Source: Mobula hypostoma
Taxonomy: Eukaryota
Assembly: GCF_963921235.1 (NCBI RefSeq)
Contig: NC_086101.1
Location: 496,001-560,000 of the forward strand
DNA length: 64,000 nt
Direction: 5' to 3'
A program made the translations under genes and the position numbers. The notes under the pieces are model-generated. The model ran no database searches, had not been told where the DNA came from, and saw only the letters and a program-made list of their open reading frames with translations. Numbering within the stretch: the first letter of the stretch is position 1; each line of letters opens with the position of its first letter. Positions 22,870 to 35,899 of this stretch are shown here, one piece after another.

Positions 22870-25800
22870 ATTGTGGTAAAGGTCAGTGGGTGTGTGTACA
22901 CATTGAAGGAGAGTGTGCACATTGGAATATTTGTATGTCACCGTGTGTGTCTTCACATCTCTGATGTGTGCTGACAATGTGTGACATGTGTGTGAGTTGT
23001 TTAAATAAATAAATTACCTGGTCCGAAGAGATTAGTTTCCAGGTTACTGAGGGAAATAATAATGTATATTGCTGAGATTCTGACTACAATCTGCCAGTCC
23101 TTCTTGTGTATGTGTGTGGGAGTATTTTGCCAGGCCGGTTATGCTGTGTGTGCTTCTCCTGAGATGAAATCTAGACTGATGTCAATGCTGGTTGGTGTGT
23201 CTGGGCTCATTCTCACAATGCTTCAATGTAGCGGTTTGATACTCATAACACATCGGAGCAGAATTCGGCCATTTGGCCCATCGAGTCAGGTTTTCTATGT
23301 TTCTATTAAGAGACATGGAGCTTAGTAATATAACGGGCTATAGGTAAGCCTAGTAATTTCTAAGGTAGGGACATGTTCGGCAAACTTTGTGGGCCGAAGG
23401 GCCTGTATTATGCTGTAGGTGTTCTATGTTTTCTAAGAGTTCGCTCCGCCATTCAATCATGGTTGATCCTTTTTTTTCTCCTCCTCAGCCCCACTCCCCA
23501 GCCTTCTCCCCACAACCTTTGATACTGTGTTCAATCTAGAACCTATCAAGGTCAGCCTTAAGTATGCCCAATGACCTGGCTGCTACTGTGCGATCGAGAA
23601 TCTCTGGACAGAAGGCCCCAAAATCCCCGGCTTTGCCTGCTGCTGGTGACAGAGGCTGAGGTCAAAGCATTCGGCAAAGATGGTGCTCGGTACTCGGTTT
23701 CGGAGGTGCTGAGCAGAGCTCGAAGTTTTCGGATGACTCAGAGTCGGACTGTGGTCGGGCATGGCAGGGAGAGTTTTCTTCCTTCTCCCATCTGCATGAG
23801 ATGAGGGACTTTTGAGAGACTTTGAACTTTTTTTTACTGTGCCATGGCCTGTTCTTCATCAAGTTATGGTATTGTTGCACTGTTGTAACTATATGCTATA
23901 ATTATGTGGGTTTTGTTAGTTTTTCAGTCTTGGTCTGTCCTGTGTTTCTGTGATATCACACCGCAGGAATATTGTATCATTTCTTAATGCATGCATTACT
24001 AAATGACAATAAAAGAGGACTGCGTGTCATCATAATCTAATCTAATCTAATCCATGGCTGCCTGTGGTTACAAGTTCTGCAAATTCACCACTCTCTGGCT
24101 AAAGATATTTCTCTGCATCTCTGTTTTTAAATAGATGCCCCTCTATCTTGAGGCTGTGCCCTCTTGTCCTACACTCCCCCATCATGGGAAACACCCTTTC
24201 CACATCTACTCTGTCTTGGCCTTTCAACATTCGAAAGGTTTCTATGAGATCCGCCCTTATCTTTCTAAATTCCAGTGAGTACAGGCACAGAGCTATTTAA
24301 TGTTCCACATGTGATAACCCTTTCATTCCCGGAATCATCCTTCTGAACCTCCTCTGAGCATTCTACGTTGCCAGCACGTTTTCTTAGATAAAGAGCCCAA
24401 AGCTGTTCACAATACTCAAGGTGAGGCCTCACCAGTGCCTTATAAATCCTTAGCATCTCATCCCTGCTCTTGTATTCTAACCCTCTTGAACTGAATGCTA
24501 ACATTGCATTTACCTTCCTCACAACTGACTCTACCTGCAAGTTAACCTTTCGGGTGATCTGCAGAAGCACTCCTAAGTCCATTTTCTTCTCAGTTTTTTG
24601 GGTTTTCTCCCCATTTAAAAAAAATAATCTGCGCATTGTTTCTACTACCAAAGTGCATGACCATGCATTTTCCAGCATTGTATATCATTTGCCACTTTCT
24701 TGCCCATTCTCCTCATCCAAGTCCTTGTGTAGCCTACCAGTTTCTCATTCACTGCTTCCTACCACCCAGCCAATGCTCTAACCATACCAATAACATTTCT
24801 GTCATACTTTTGGCTCAAAACTTGGTAAGCAGACTCATGTGTGCAACCTTGTCAAAGGCCTTCTGAGAGTCCAAATATACAACATGCACGACAACCCATT
24901 TATCTCCCGTACTTGTATTCTCCTCAAAGAACTCCAACAGGTTTGCCAGGCAAACTATTCCCTAAAGGAAGCCATGCTGACTTGTCTTATCTTGTCTAAT
25001 GTCACCAAGTATTCCATAACCTCATGCTTAACAATTGACACTAATACCTTCCCAACCACAGAGGTGAGGCTAATTTCCTTTCTGCTGCCTTCCTCCTTAC
25101 TTAAAGAGTTGAGTGACATTTGCAGTTTTCCAGAACTTTAGCACTATACCAGAGCCCAATGATTTCTGAAAGATCATTTCAAATGCCTCCACAATGTCTG
25201 CTGCTATCTCTTTCAGAACACTAGGGTGCAGTTCATCTGGTCTGCGTGACTTATGTCCATTTTTGAGCACTTTCTCCCTTACAACAGTAATTGCACTCAC
25301 TTCTCTTCCCTCACTCCCTTCAGCATCTGGCACAGTGCTAGTGTCTTCCACATTGAAGACTGATGCAAAATACTCATTTAATTCATCTGCCATCTTTTTT
25401 GCCCCATTGCCATATATCCAGCCTTATTTTCTAGTGGTCGTATATCTACTCTCATCTCTATTTTATTTTTTTACAATACTTGAAAAACAATTTGATATTG
25501 TTTGCTAACTTGTTTTGCAAAGACACATGTGTAAAAAGAGCCTGAAGGATCATTGGAGACCCGAGTCACCCCAACCACAAACTGTGCTAGTTGCTACCAT
25601 AAAACCAGGACCAACAAGGTCCGGGGACATCGTCTTCCACCAGGCCATCAGACTGCTTAACCCATACCGAGACAACTGTATTTCTATGTTATATTGACAA
25701 GCATGTTATGAATATAATTTATCAGAAAATTCCTATAAATTGCATTTAAATGGAGATGTAATGTAAGTAATTTTACTGCCCGTGTATATGAAGGATGTAA

Positions 25801-28800
25801 GTAATAAAGTCAATTTATTTCAATTTCAAATTTCATTTTTCCCCTCCCAATCATTCTTTCAGTTCCTCTCTGTAGGTATGTAAAAGCTTCCCAACTCTCC
25901 TATTAATTTTTACTTTGTTGTATGGCCACTCTTTTGCATTTACGTTAGCTTGTCTATCCTTGTCAGCCATGGTTGTACTATTTTGACATTTATTTGTTTA
26001 TTTTTGTAATACTGTGCCATGGCAATATTTTGCAGATGTGCCTCCTGAGACGGTGATGTGCCTCTCATGTGAGATGTGGCAGTCTTGGGGGAACTCCCCT
26101 CTCCCGCAGAGTCACATCTGCCAGAAATGCATATGGCTGGGCGATCTGGAAGACCATGTAAGGAATCTGGAGCAGCAACTGGATGACCTTCGACTCATCA
26201 TGGAGAATGAGGCAGTCATAGATGAGAGCTACAGGGAGGTAGTCACACCTAGGCTGTCGGAAGCAGGTCGCTGGGTGACAGTCAGAGGGGGGAAAGCAAA
26301 GGTGAGCAGACAGGTAGTGCAGAGCACCCCTGTAGCCATTCCCCTGAATAATAAGTTTACTGTCCTGGATACCGTTGGCGGGGACGACTGACCAGGTGTG
26401 AGCCACGGTGGCAGGGCCTCCAGCGCTGAGTCTGACCCGATGGTGCAGAAGGGTGGGATGGAGAAGAGGAGAGCTGTCGTCATTGGAGACTCTATAGTCA
26501 GGGGAGCAGACAGGAGATTTTGTGGACATGAGAAGGACACCCGCATGGCTTGTTGCCTCCCAGGTGCCAGGGTCCGGGATGTCTCTGACCGGGTGCACGA
26601 CATCCTGGTACGAGAGAGAAAGCAACCAGAAGTCGAGATACATGTTGGGACCAATGACATAGGAAGGAAGAGGGATGAGGTCCTGAAGTGTGAGTTTTGG
26701 GAACTAGGCAGAAGGCTGAAGAACAGGACCTCAAGGGTGGCGTTCTCAGGATTGTTGCCAGTGCTACGTGACAGTGATGGTAAGAATTGGAGGAGATGGC
26801 AGTTGAATGCGTGGCTGAGGAGTCGGTGCAGGGAGCAGGGTTTTAGATTTTTGGACCATTGGGATCTCTTCTGAGGAAGGTGGGACCTCCACAGATTGGA
26901 TGGGTTGCACCTGAACCCAAGGGGGAGCAATATCCTTGCAGGTAGATTTGCTAGCATGGTTCGGGAGGGTTTAAATTAATTTGCGAGGGGGATGGGACCC
27001 AGAGCGATAGAGCAGTGAAAGAAGTGCATGGAGTAAAGCCAGATCTAACATACAGAGAGGCTTTGAGGAAAGAGAAGCAGAATAAACGGTGTAAAGACAG
27101 TAAGGTAGAAGGGCTGAAATGTGTGTACCTCAATGCAAGAAGCATCAGGAACAAAGGTGATGAACTGAGAGCTTGGATACATACATAGCATTATGATGTA
27201 GTTGCCATTACAGAGACTTGGCTGACACCAGGGCAGGAATGGATTCTCAATATTCCTGGATTTCAGTGCTTTAAAAGGGATAGAGAGGGCGGAAAAAGGG
27301 GAGGAGGGGTGGCATTACTGGTCAGGGATACTATTACAGCTACAGAAAGGGTGGGTAATGTAGCAGGATCCTCTTTTGAGTCAATATGGGTGGAAGTCAG
27401 GAACAGGAGGGGAGCAGTTACTATATTGGGGGTATTCTATAGGCCCCCTGGTAGCAGCAGAGATACGGAGGAGCAGATTGGGAGGCAGATTTTGGAAACG
27501 TGCAAAAAAAACAGGGTTGTTATCATGGGTGACTTTAACTTCCCTAATATTGATTGGCATCTGATTAGTTCCAAGGGTTCAGATGGGGCAGAATTTGTTA
27601 AGCGTGTCCAGGACGGATTCCTGTCACAGTATGTGGACAGGCCGACCAGGGGGAATGCCATACTAGGCCTAGTAGTAGATAATGAACTGGGTCAGGTCAC
27701 AGATCTCTCAGTGGGTGAGCATCTGGGGGACAGTGACCACCGCTCCCTGGTCTTTATAATTATCATGGAAAAGGATACAGTCAGAGAGGACAGGAAAATT
27801 TTTAATTGGGGAAGGGCAAATTATGAGGCTATAAGGCTAGAACTTGCGGGTGTGAATTGGGATGATGATTTTGCAGGGAAATGTACTATGGACATGTGGT
27901 CGATGTTTAGAGATCTCTTGCAGGATGTTAGGGATAAATTTGTCCCGGTGAGGAAGATAAAGAATGGTAGGGTGAAGGAACCATGGGTGACAAGTGAGGT
28001 GGAAAATCTAGTCAGGTGGAAGAAGGCAGCATACATGAGGTTTAGGAAGCAAGGATCAGATGGGTCTATTGAGGAATATAGGGAAGCAAGAAAGGAGCAT
28101 AAGAAGGGGCTGAGAAGAGCAAGAAGGGGGCATGAGAAGGCCTTAGCGAGTAGGGTAAAGGAAAACCCCAAGGCATTCTTCAATTATATGAAGAAAGAAA
28201 GGATGACAGGAGTGAAGGTAGGACTGATTAGAGATAAAGATGGGAAGATGTGCCTGGAGGCTGCGGAAGTGAGCAAGGTCCTCAATCAATACTTCTCTTC
28301 GGTATTCACCAATGAGAGGGAACTTGATGATGGTGAGGACAATATGAGTGAGGTTGATGTTCTGGAGCATGTTGATATTAAGAGAGAGGAGGTGTTGGAG
28401 TTGTTAAAATACATTAGGACGGACAGGTCCCCGGGGCCTGACTAAATATTCCCCAGGCTGCTCCACGAGGTGACAGAAGAGATTGCTGAGCCTCTGGCTA
28501 GGAGCTTTATGTCCTCGTTGTCCACGGCAATGGTACCGGAGGATTGGAGGGAGGCGAATGTTATCCCCTTGTTCAAAAAAAGGTAGTAGGGATAGTCCGT
28601 GTAATTATAGACCAGTGAGCCTTATGTCTGCGGTGGGAAAGCTGTTGGAAATGATTCTTAGAGATAGGATCTATAGGCATTTAGAGAATCATGGTCTGAT
28701 CAGGGACAGTCAGCATGGCTTTGTGAAGGGCAGATCGTGTCTACAAGCCTGATAGAGTTCTTTGAGGAGGTGACCACGCATATAGATGACTGTAGTGCAG

Positions 28801-31800
28801 TGGATGTGATCTATATGGATTTTAGTAAGGCATTTGACAAGGTTCCACATGGTAGGCTTATTCAGAAAGACAGAGGGCATGGGATCCAGGAACGTTTGGC
28901 CAGGTGGATTCAGAATTGGCTTGCCTGCAGAAGGCAGAGGGTGGTGGTGGAGGTAGTACATTCAGATTGGAGGATTGTGACTAGTGGTGTCCCACAAGGA
29001 TCTGTTCTGGGACCTCTATTTTTCGTGATTTTTATTAACGACCTGGATGTAGGGGTTGAAGGGTGGGTTGGCAAGTTTGCAGATGACACAAAACTTGGTG
29101 GTGTTGTAGACAGTGTAGAAGATTGTTGAAGATTGCAGAGAGACATTGATAGGATGCAGAAGTGGGCAGAGAAGTGGCAGATGGAGTTCAACCCGGAGAA
29201 GTGTGAGGTGGTACACTTTGGAAGGACAAATTACAAGGCAGAGTACAAAGTAAATGGCAGGATACTTGGTAGTGTGGAGGAGCAGAGGGATCGGAGGGTA
29301 CATGTTCACAGATCCCTGAAATTTGCGTCACAGGTAGATAGGGTAGTTAAGAAAGCTTATGGGGTGTTAGCTTTCATAAGTCAAGGGATCGAGTTTAAGA
29401 GTCACGATGCAATGATGCAGCTCTATAAATCTCTGGTTAGGCCACACTTGGAGTACTGTGTCCAGTTGTGGTCGCCTCACTATAGGAAGGATGTGGAAGG
29501 ATTGGAAAAGTTACAGAGGGGATTTACCAGGATGCTGCCTGGTTTAGAGAGTATGCATTATGATCAGAGATTAAGGGAGCTGGGGCTTTACTCTTTGGAG
29601 AGAAGGAGGATGAGAGGAGACATGATAGAGGTGTACAAGATAATAAGAGGAGTAGATAGAGTGGATAGTCAGCGCCTCTTCCCCAGGGCACCACTGCTCA
29701 ATACAAGAGGACATGGCTTTAAGGTAAAGGGTGGGAAGTTCAAAGGGGATATTAGAGGAAGGTTTTTTACTCAGAGAGTGGTTGGTGCATGGAATGCACT
29801 GCCTGAGTCAGTGGTGGAGGCAGATACACTAGTGAAGTTTAAGAGACTACTAGACAGGTATATGGAGGAATTTAAGGTGGGGTGTTATATGGGAGGCAGG
29901 GTTTGAGGGTCGGCGCAACATTGTGGGCTGAAGGGCCTGTACTGTGCTGTACTATTCTATGTTCTATGTTCTACATCTATCCTTCACCTTCTTCATTTTC
30001 CCAGAAACTGACACCATTTCTGACAAATTTACTTTGGCCAACTCCTTTCTCAGACCACTGTAATTTATTTTACTCCTCTGAAATACTACAATGTCAGATG
30101 TTACTTTCTGCTTATTAAATTTCAAGTTGAACTCAGTCATGTTATGAGCACTGCCTTGTAAGGTTTCTTTTACCAAATCACCTCTGGTTCAATACATAAC
30201 ACCCAATCCAGTAGAGCTGTTCCCCTAGTAGGCTCAATGACAAACTGCTCTAAAAAGCCTTCACATTGCATTCGACAAGTTCACTCTCCTGAGATCCATT
30301 ACCAACTTGCATTTCCCAATTGACCTGCATGTTGAAATCTCTCATGACTATCATAACATTGTCCTTTTCATCAGCTTTTCTGTTTCCAGTTGTAATCTAT
30401 GGCCCATGTCCCAGCTACTGTTGGGATGCCTGTATATGACTGTCATCGGTGTCATTTATACTTTTGCAGTCTTTAACTCAACCCACAAGGAATCATCATC
30501 TTCCAATCCTATGTCACATCTTTCTACTCATTTACCAGGAGAGCCATGTCACCCCCTCTGCAAACCTTCCTATACCACTGATACTTTGTGTAGCCTTGAA
30601 CATTCAGCTCCAAACTACAACCATCCTTCAGCCATGATCCTGTGATGGCCACAACATCATACCTGACAATCTGTAATACTGCAACAAGATCATCCACCTC
30701 AGTTCTTTTACATCGTGCACTGAGATATAACACTTTCTGTACTGTATTTGCTACCCTTTTTAATTCTGCACCCAATTGCACTGATACTCACCCTGCTGGC
30801 TACAATTTTGTCCTTGCATCTGTCCGCCCTATCTGACAGTCTGACTGCATGCCATCTTTGCATTTTTACCATCAGTCCTATCCCTTCACTCCAGTTCCCA
30901 ACCCCCCCCTCACCAAATTAGTTTAAACCCTCCCCAACAGCTCTATCCAATCTTTCTGTGAGAATATTGTTCTCCTTTGGGTCCAGGTGCAACCCATCCT
31001 TTTAAGCAGGTCATTCCTCCACCAGAAGAAATCCGAGTGATCCAAGAATCTGATACCCTGCCCCCTGCACCATCTTTAATCTGCCAAATTATCCTGGTTC
31101 TACCCTCACCAGCACGTGGCACAGGCAACAATCCAGAAATTACAACCCTGGAGGTACTGCTCTGAGCTTTCTACCAAGGTGTCCAAGTTCTCTTCCCCAG
31201 GGCACCACTGCTCAATACAAGAGGACATGGCTTTAAGGTAAGGGGTGGGAAGTTCAAGGGGGATATTAGAGGAAGGTGTTTTACTCAGAGGGTGGTTGGT
31301 ACATGGAATGCACTGCCTGAGTCAGGGATGGAGGCAGATACACTAGTGAAGTTTAACAGACTACTAAACAGGTATATGGAGGAAATTAAGGTGGGGGCTT
31401 ATATGGGAGGCAGGGTTTGAAGGTTGACACAACATTGTGAGCCAAAGAGCCTGTACTGTGCTGTACTATTCTATGTTCTATATTCTATTTTCAGGACCCC
31501 TTTGCTTGTACTTCCTATGTAATTGGACCCAAAACATACCAATATATCTGGCTGTTTTCCCTCACTCTCTAAGATGCTGTGGGCATGATCGGAGACGTCC
31601 CTGACGCTGGCACCTAGGAGGCAACATACCATTCGGGCGTCCTATTCACATCCATAGGTTCTCCTGTCTGTTCCCCTGATGATTGAGTCCCCTATCACTA
31701 CTTCTCCCCTCTCCTCCCTCCAACAACAGTGAGAGTTTGCGATCCGGAAGAGGGGAAGACCTGCGTCAATCAGAGTCTGCATTCACAGCGCATGAAGGAC

Positions 31801-34800
31801 TTGTGTATTTTTCTGACAATTTCGGTCACCACACTGATACCCGCTTTTGTTCCCTACGATATCACCAATTCAGTGTTAATTTCCCAGCTGCTGTGGTAGG
31901 ATTCAAACTCATGTCTTGGTGTGTTAGTGCAGTGTGTCTGGGATCAGGACACAGTGATTCATCTGCCAGTCCCGTGTATTGGTTGTATTGTGACCCTGTG
32001 CTGGTGTGTTCAGGGGTCTGACATCTCCAGCTGACCATGTGACAGTGATGCCTCCCAGTCGGTGGGGCTGATGTGGAATAAACTTCAGTTCCATTTCAGC
32101 CCATTATTACAGCTAATCTCTGCATCAAATTACAAACTAATTGAACAAGGAGAAATGAATCTTTGTAAGTTTTACCTCGATTAATGGCATCAAGTGTTTC
32201 TCTCAGCTCTGTGTTCAACAAATAGGGGTGATCGAATTTTTCAACCGGTAGGACCTCACCTGTCACTGACATTTCCCGGACATCATCATTAATCCTGTAA
32301 ATAATAAACTGCTAGTTATGAACTACAATTTTGAACTATGTTACAAATTCATCCAGGGTTTCAATAAAGAGCATGTCCTACCTCTGGTTCCGACGAGCTT
32401 CCTCCTGAAATAAATAAAAACACAAATCTGTTTAGACTTGGACTTACTGTCCACATCCTGAATTTCATCCAAATCATTATAAGGTGTTGAAAATTCCCAC
32501 TCCCGTGATCACTTACACACACGAACAATACAGAACCAGGGAGTAAATTAGAAGGAATGTTTCTGAAAGTTCGACAATTACTGAGAGGATGAAACTTACA
32601 GGAAAGACAGGACAAGTTGTGCATTTTCATCTGGATATGACATCATGATGAGATGGAGGAATTTAAGATTCGTGGTGGATTTGATTGTGCGTGGCTGGAG
32701 CAAGTATCTCTATTTATGGGGAGACCTGCAGTCAAAGATAAAATACCAGATGGATTTTAATAAATCCCATAAGAAATTTAGTGAGGATGATGTGGAACTC
32801 ACTGCCACAGGTGTGGTTGAAGCGGAACAGCAGAGACTGAATGTAATGTCAAATCTGGATAAACACATGAGGGATCATGGAGTTCGGGGCACTGTTGCTG
32901 AGTGTGGTGAGTGGGAGGAAGGAGGATTATGAAGCAGGGAAATTAATAGAGGATGGACCGAATGGCCTGTTTATGATGGAGAATAATCCCATACAAAACT
33001 TATTTGAAAAAGTGAAGAGAGAGAGAAAGTTTCCCTAAAATGGCTAATCTGATGGAAACTGGATTTGGAGGATAAATCCAATGTGTGGGTCATATTCTTT
33101 GTTCTCACTGATTGGCAGAGAGACCCTTCCACCCACCGCACCAAACACACACACAGCCTATGACTGCAACTGGGTGTCAATGTGAGTTTTGGAGGATATT
33201 TAATATAGTAATTAAGGACATAATCAGCAGCTCCGTGTTAAGATCAGAGTAAATTATTTCAGAGAAGATTGCATTTTGTCCTGGGATGTACAGAAGTTGT
33301 GGAAATCCAGTTTTGGGACAACAGCAACCCTGAATAGTTGCATCAATTATCTGGTGAGAAACATTTTACTGCTATTTGTTCATGTTGTGTTTAGGAGCCA
33401 TGAATCTGTTTTCTGTCTGCATTGTATTTGTGTTGTGTGTTTATTATGGTAACTAGTCACGTGAGTGGGGACGTTATAATAGCGAAGGGAACAAGTTATG
33501 TATTTGTACCTTGTTCTGGGCAGTTACAAGCTGCGGACAGATGGATTTCATATCATTTCTTGACCGCTTCATTGCAACTTAATTTACGATTAATTATGCT
33601 GATGTTTCACTGCTTCAAGATTGTATGTTGATAATAATGGATCAAATACATATCTTTGCCCTTTTTGGAATGCCATTATTGGAGTGATTGGATGCCGTAT
33701 CATACAAGAATAACAATCTGTGTGAGGTCGCCAGCAGCGGCAATTGATTTGTTAGAATTGGCCGCTGTGCTGCATTTATTTTGAATATACCATTGTTCAT
33801 TTAGTGTCCTTTGACAGGAACAAATTGAAATATAATCGCTCACCTTGAGAAATATCACACTGTTTTTTTGATCGATCTGTTCCTTTAACTTTGTGATTTC
33901 CTCCTGAATAAGCCTTATATTCTCCTGAATCTTTTGAAGATTTTTCTCCATTGGATTTAGAATCCTCTTCTCTTCCTCCCTGAGATCCCTGAGTAAACTC
34001 TGCTCTTTCTCAGTGATAATCTGACGCAGTTCAGCAAACTGGGATGTGATGTGGGTCTGAACGCTGTGTGACTGTTCCTGTTGAATGAAAGGTGAAGCTC
34101 AATTTACTGTATTGCTGTGTTGTATTTCCTTCTAACATTAAGGGAGTCCATGCTAGTTCTGAGAGCATTTCCTTCTACCGCATTCCCTCACGTTTTCCTG
34201 AAACTTATTCTCCCTCGCTGACACATTAACTCCCACCTGATTCACATACACACTCCCCAGCCTTCACAGGGTTAATAGTAATTAACCATTCATCCAGCAT
34301 GTTCTTATATTGACCCATTAACACTGAGGAAAATGTCTGAAACTATTGTTGTCCCAGGGAAAGCATGCAAGCTCCACACAGACAGCACCAGAGGTCAGAA
34401 TCGAACCCAGGTCACTGGAGCTGTGATACTCTGCTATTCTGCATTAATGAGAGCAAAACTACACAGTAAAATCAGAAATTACGCTCAGGAAGCCTCACCA
34501 GAACTCCGGAAATCTTCTCTTTCTGTTGCTGCTCCTTTTCCTGGAAGTCTGATTTCTTTTTTGTGAGAGAGTCTAAGGAAGATTTTAGCTGATCCTGGAA
34601 GTCAGAGAGCAAAGGAAATTGAAAAAAAAAACAACATCTAAAGAAACAAACCCAATTAGCATACATAAAAGGTTGGAGGAACTCAGGGAGACAGGCAGCA
34701 TCAACGAGGGGAAATAAACAGTCGACGTTTCGGGATGAGACCCTTCATTAGGATTGGGAAGGAATGGGACAGAAGCCAGAATGAAAATATTGGGGATGAG

Positions 34801-35732
34801 AACCAGCTGACAGGTGACGGGTGAGACAACGTGAGGGGAACATGGGGGAGGGTGATGAAGTGAGAAGCTGAAAGGGACAGGTGGAAGAGGTAAGGAATCT
34901 AATCCGAGAGATCAATCGACCACGGAAGAAACGGGAGGAATTTGGGCTGTTTGGGGACCTGAATGGTGACGAGGGAGGAGGTGTAGGAGTCAGGTGTATC
35001 ACTGGTCCTGCTTTCAGGTATCAGTGCCAGGAGGGAAATGAGTGCGGAGGAGCGAGTGGATAACGGAGTTACAGTCCGGGGAGCGATTCCTACAGAGAGT
35101 GGAGAGTTGTGGGATGGGCTGTGGGACGGATAGATGTGCATGGTAGTAGAATCTCGTCTAAATTGGCAAAAGTTGCGGTTATGGAGGCTCGTGAGGTGTG
35201 GAGAATGGAGTGAGTACCTATTCGGGTTAGTTTTACCTTGTAGAATTTAACGGCTTCTTTAATCGGCATGAAGCGGTGCCCTCTGTGTTAATTTAAGTAT
35301 TAAATTAATGTTAGTTTTTACCATGTAGATTTTAACAGCTTCTTTAATCGGCTTGAAGCGGTGCTCTCTGTGTTCCTGCGCATCCCTACAGATCAGACAG
35401 ATCAGTGTCTTGTCCGTTTCACAAAACAGCTTCAGTTCTTCCTCATGTTCCTCGCAGTGAAGTTTACTTTCCTTCCCTTTCCGATTCAGGTTTAGGTTTC
35501 GAACTTTTTCAGCCAGATTTGCTAAGGCCCGATTGACCCTGAGGGTGTGGTCAGCAAATACCTCTCTGCATTCCGGGCAGGAGTTTCTCTCCTCCCTTTC
35601 CCAACACCGTGTGATACAAGAGCAACAGAAGTTGTGTCCGCACTCCAGTAACACCGGTTCGGTGAAGAAATCCAGGCAGATGGAACAAACGACCTCTTCG
35701 TTTAAACTCTCGGCCGGTCCTTTCGAAGCCAT
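11188..35732 (-). CDS. Intact TRIM E3 ubiquitin ligase (RING-B-box2-coiled coil-PRY/SPRY; A33/NF7/TRIM39-like), 474 aa; exons 35732-35322, 34594-34499, 34077-33844, 32404-32382, 32294-32176, 11729-11188
   Basis: All junctions GT-AG; exon sizes 411+96+234+23+119+542 = 1425 nt in one open frame; the 96/234/23-nt exon pattern is typical of class IV TRIMs. Confidence 0.93.
11770..12040. repeat. GC-rich minisatellite, 34-bp unit, ~8 copies
   Basis: GACTC recurs at 11809, 11843, 11877, 11911, 11945, 11979; unit ~GGGGGGAGACTCGGGCAGCGCRGCCCCGGGGATC. Confidence 0.95.
12858..15665 (-). mobile_element. CR1 subfamily D, from ORF1 end to 3' tail, with deletions
   Basis: ORF1 esterase remnant, CIYFNAR APE start, RT motifs, 3' UTR. 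Confidence 0.88.
15865..18480 (-). mobile_element. CR1 subfamily B, 5'-truncated
   Basis: ORF2 fragments 17187-18416, 16675-17082, 15847-16650; TTCTATG tail. Confidence 0.93.
18765..19135. mobile_element. Old PLE pseudo-LTR fragments with degenerate hammerhead cores
   Basis: GTCCTGATGAAGGG..GGCCTGAA at 18766 (+) and its reverse complement at ~19066-19088. Confidence 0.6.
19240..21400 (-). mobile_element. Old decayed CR1 ORF2
   Basis: [27 protein letters not shown] remnants with many indels. Confidence 0.8.
21497..22200 (-). mobile_element. CR1 3' fragment containing a short Rex1-type tail insertion (~21915-21961, +)
   Basis: [24 protein letters not shown](TATGAC)n insert. Confidence 0.82.
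22828..22868. repeat. (TG)n microsatellite
   Basis: ~20 TG units with one interruption. Confidence 0.95.
23580..24052 (+). mobile_element. LINE-derived 3' UTR/SINE-like insert with (AATCT)n tail
   Basis: AATAAAA followed by TAATCTAATCTAATCTAATC; interrupts a CR1 3' region. Confidence 0.55.
26010..29970 (+). mobile_element. Near full-length CR1 subfamily B (ORF1 zinc finger/leucine zipper/SGNH esterase plus ORF2), inactivated by several stops and frameshifts
   Basis: [38 protein letters not shown] and RT motifs; tail at 29953-29970. Confidence 0.95.
31178..31488 (+). mobile_element. CR1 subfamily B short 3' fragment
   Basis: Near-identical to 29675-29970. Confidence 0.9.
32176..32294 (-). 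CDS. TRIM coding exon 5 (119 nt, linker)
   Basis: ttacag|(R)[29 protein letters not shown]|gtaaaa; phase 1 matches the last exon. Confidence 0.88.
32382..32404 (-). CDS. TRIM coding exon 4 (23-nt microexon)
   Basis: tttcag|GAGGAAGCTCGTCGGAACCAGAG|gtagga; preserves the frame. Confidence 0.88.
33844..34077 (-). CDS. TRIM coding exon 3 (234 nt, coiled coil)
   Basis: caacag|[25 protein letters not shown]|gtgagc. Confidence 0.92.
34250..34450 (-). mobile_element. tRNA-derived SINE (V-SINE/HE1-like)
   Basis: B-box GGTTCGATTC on minus (~34398-34408) followed by GCTGTCTGTGTGGAGCTTGCATG V-domain-like sequence. Confidence 0.6.
34499..34594 (-). CDS. TRIM coding exon 2 (96 nt, coiled coil)
   Basis: ttccag|[16 protein letters not shown]|gtgagg. 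Confidence 0.92.
34660..35200 (-). mobile_element. Old PLE fragment in TRIM intron 1
   Basis: Pseudo-LTR with degenerate hammerhead at 34720-34753; similarity to the PLE at 40280-41344. Confidence 0.65.
35322..35732 (-). CDS. TRIM coding exon 1: RING and B-box
   Basis: [48 protein letters not shown]; donor ATG|GTAAAA. Confidence 0.95.
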
Positions 35733-35899
35733 GTTAACTCCCAGCACTTCCTGATTCAGAATGATATCACGGGAGCTGCTGATGTCCTGCAGAACCGCAA
35801 TTGTCCACTACACGCGCTGCAGTCTCAGGGAATGAACATTACGTTGTGGCCATTTCCATGACAGTGTGGGATCAAAAATACATTAAACAGGTCGGAACA

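Larger units (their letters stand above)
23265..31690 (-). mobile_element. Old, near full-length CR1 in pieces (~23265-26005, 29975-31177, 31489-31690) hosting younger insertions
   Basis: Collinear ORF1 esterase (31690-30920), APE, RT and 3' UTR remnants. Confidence 0.7.
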
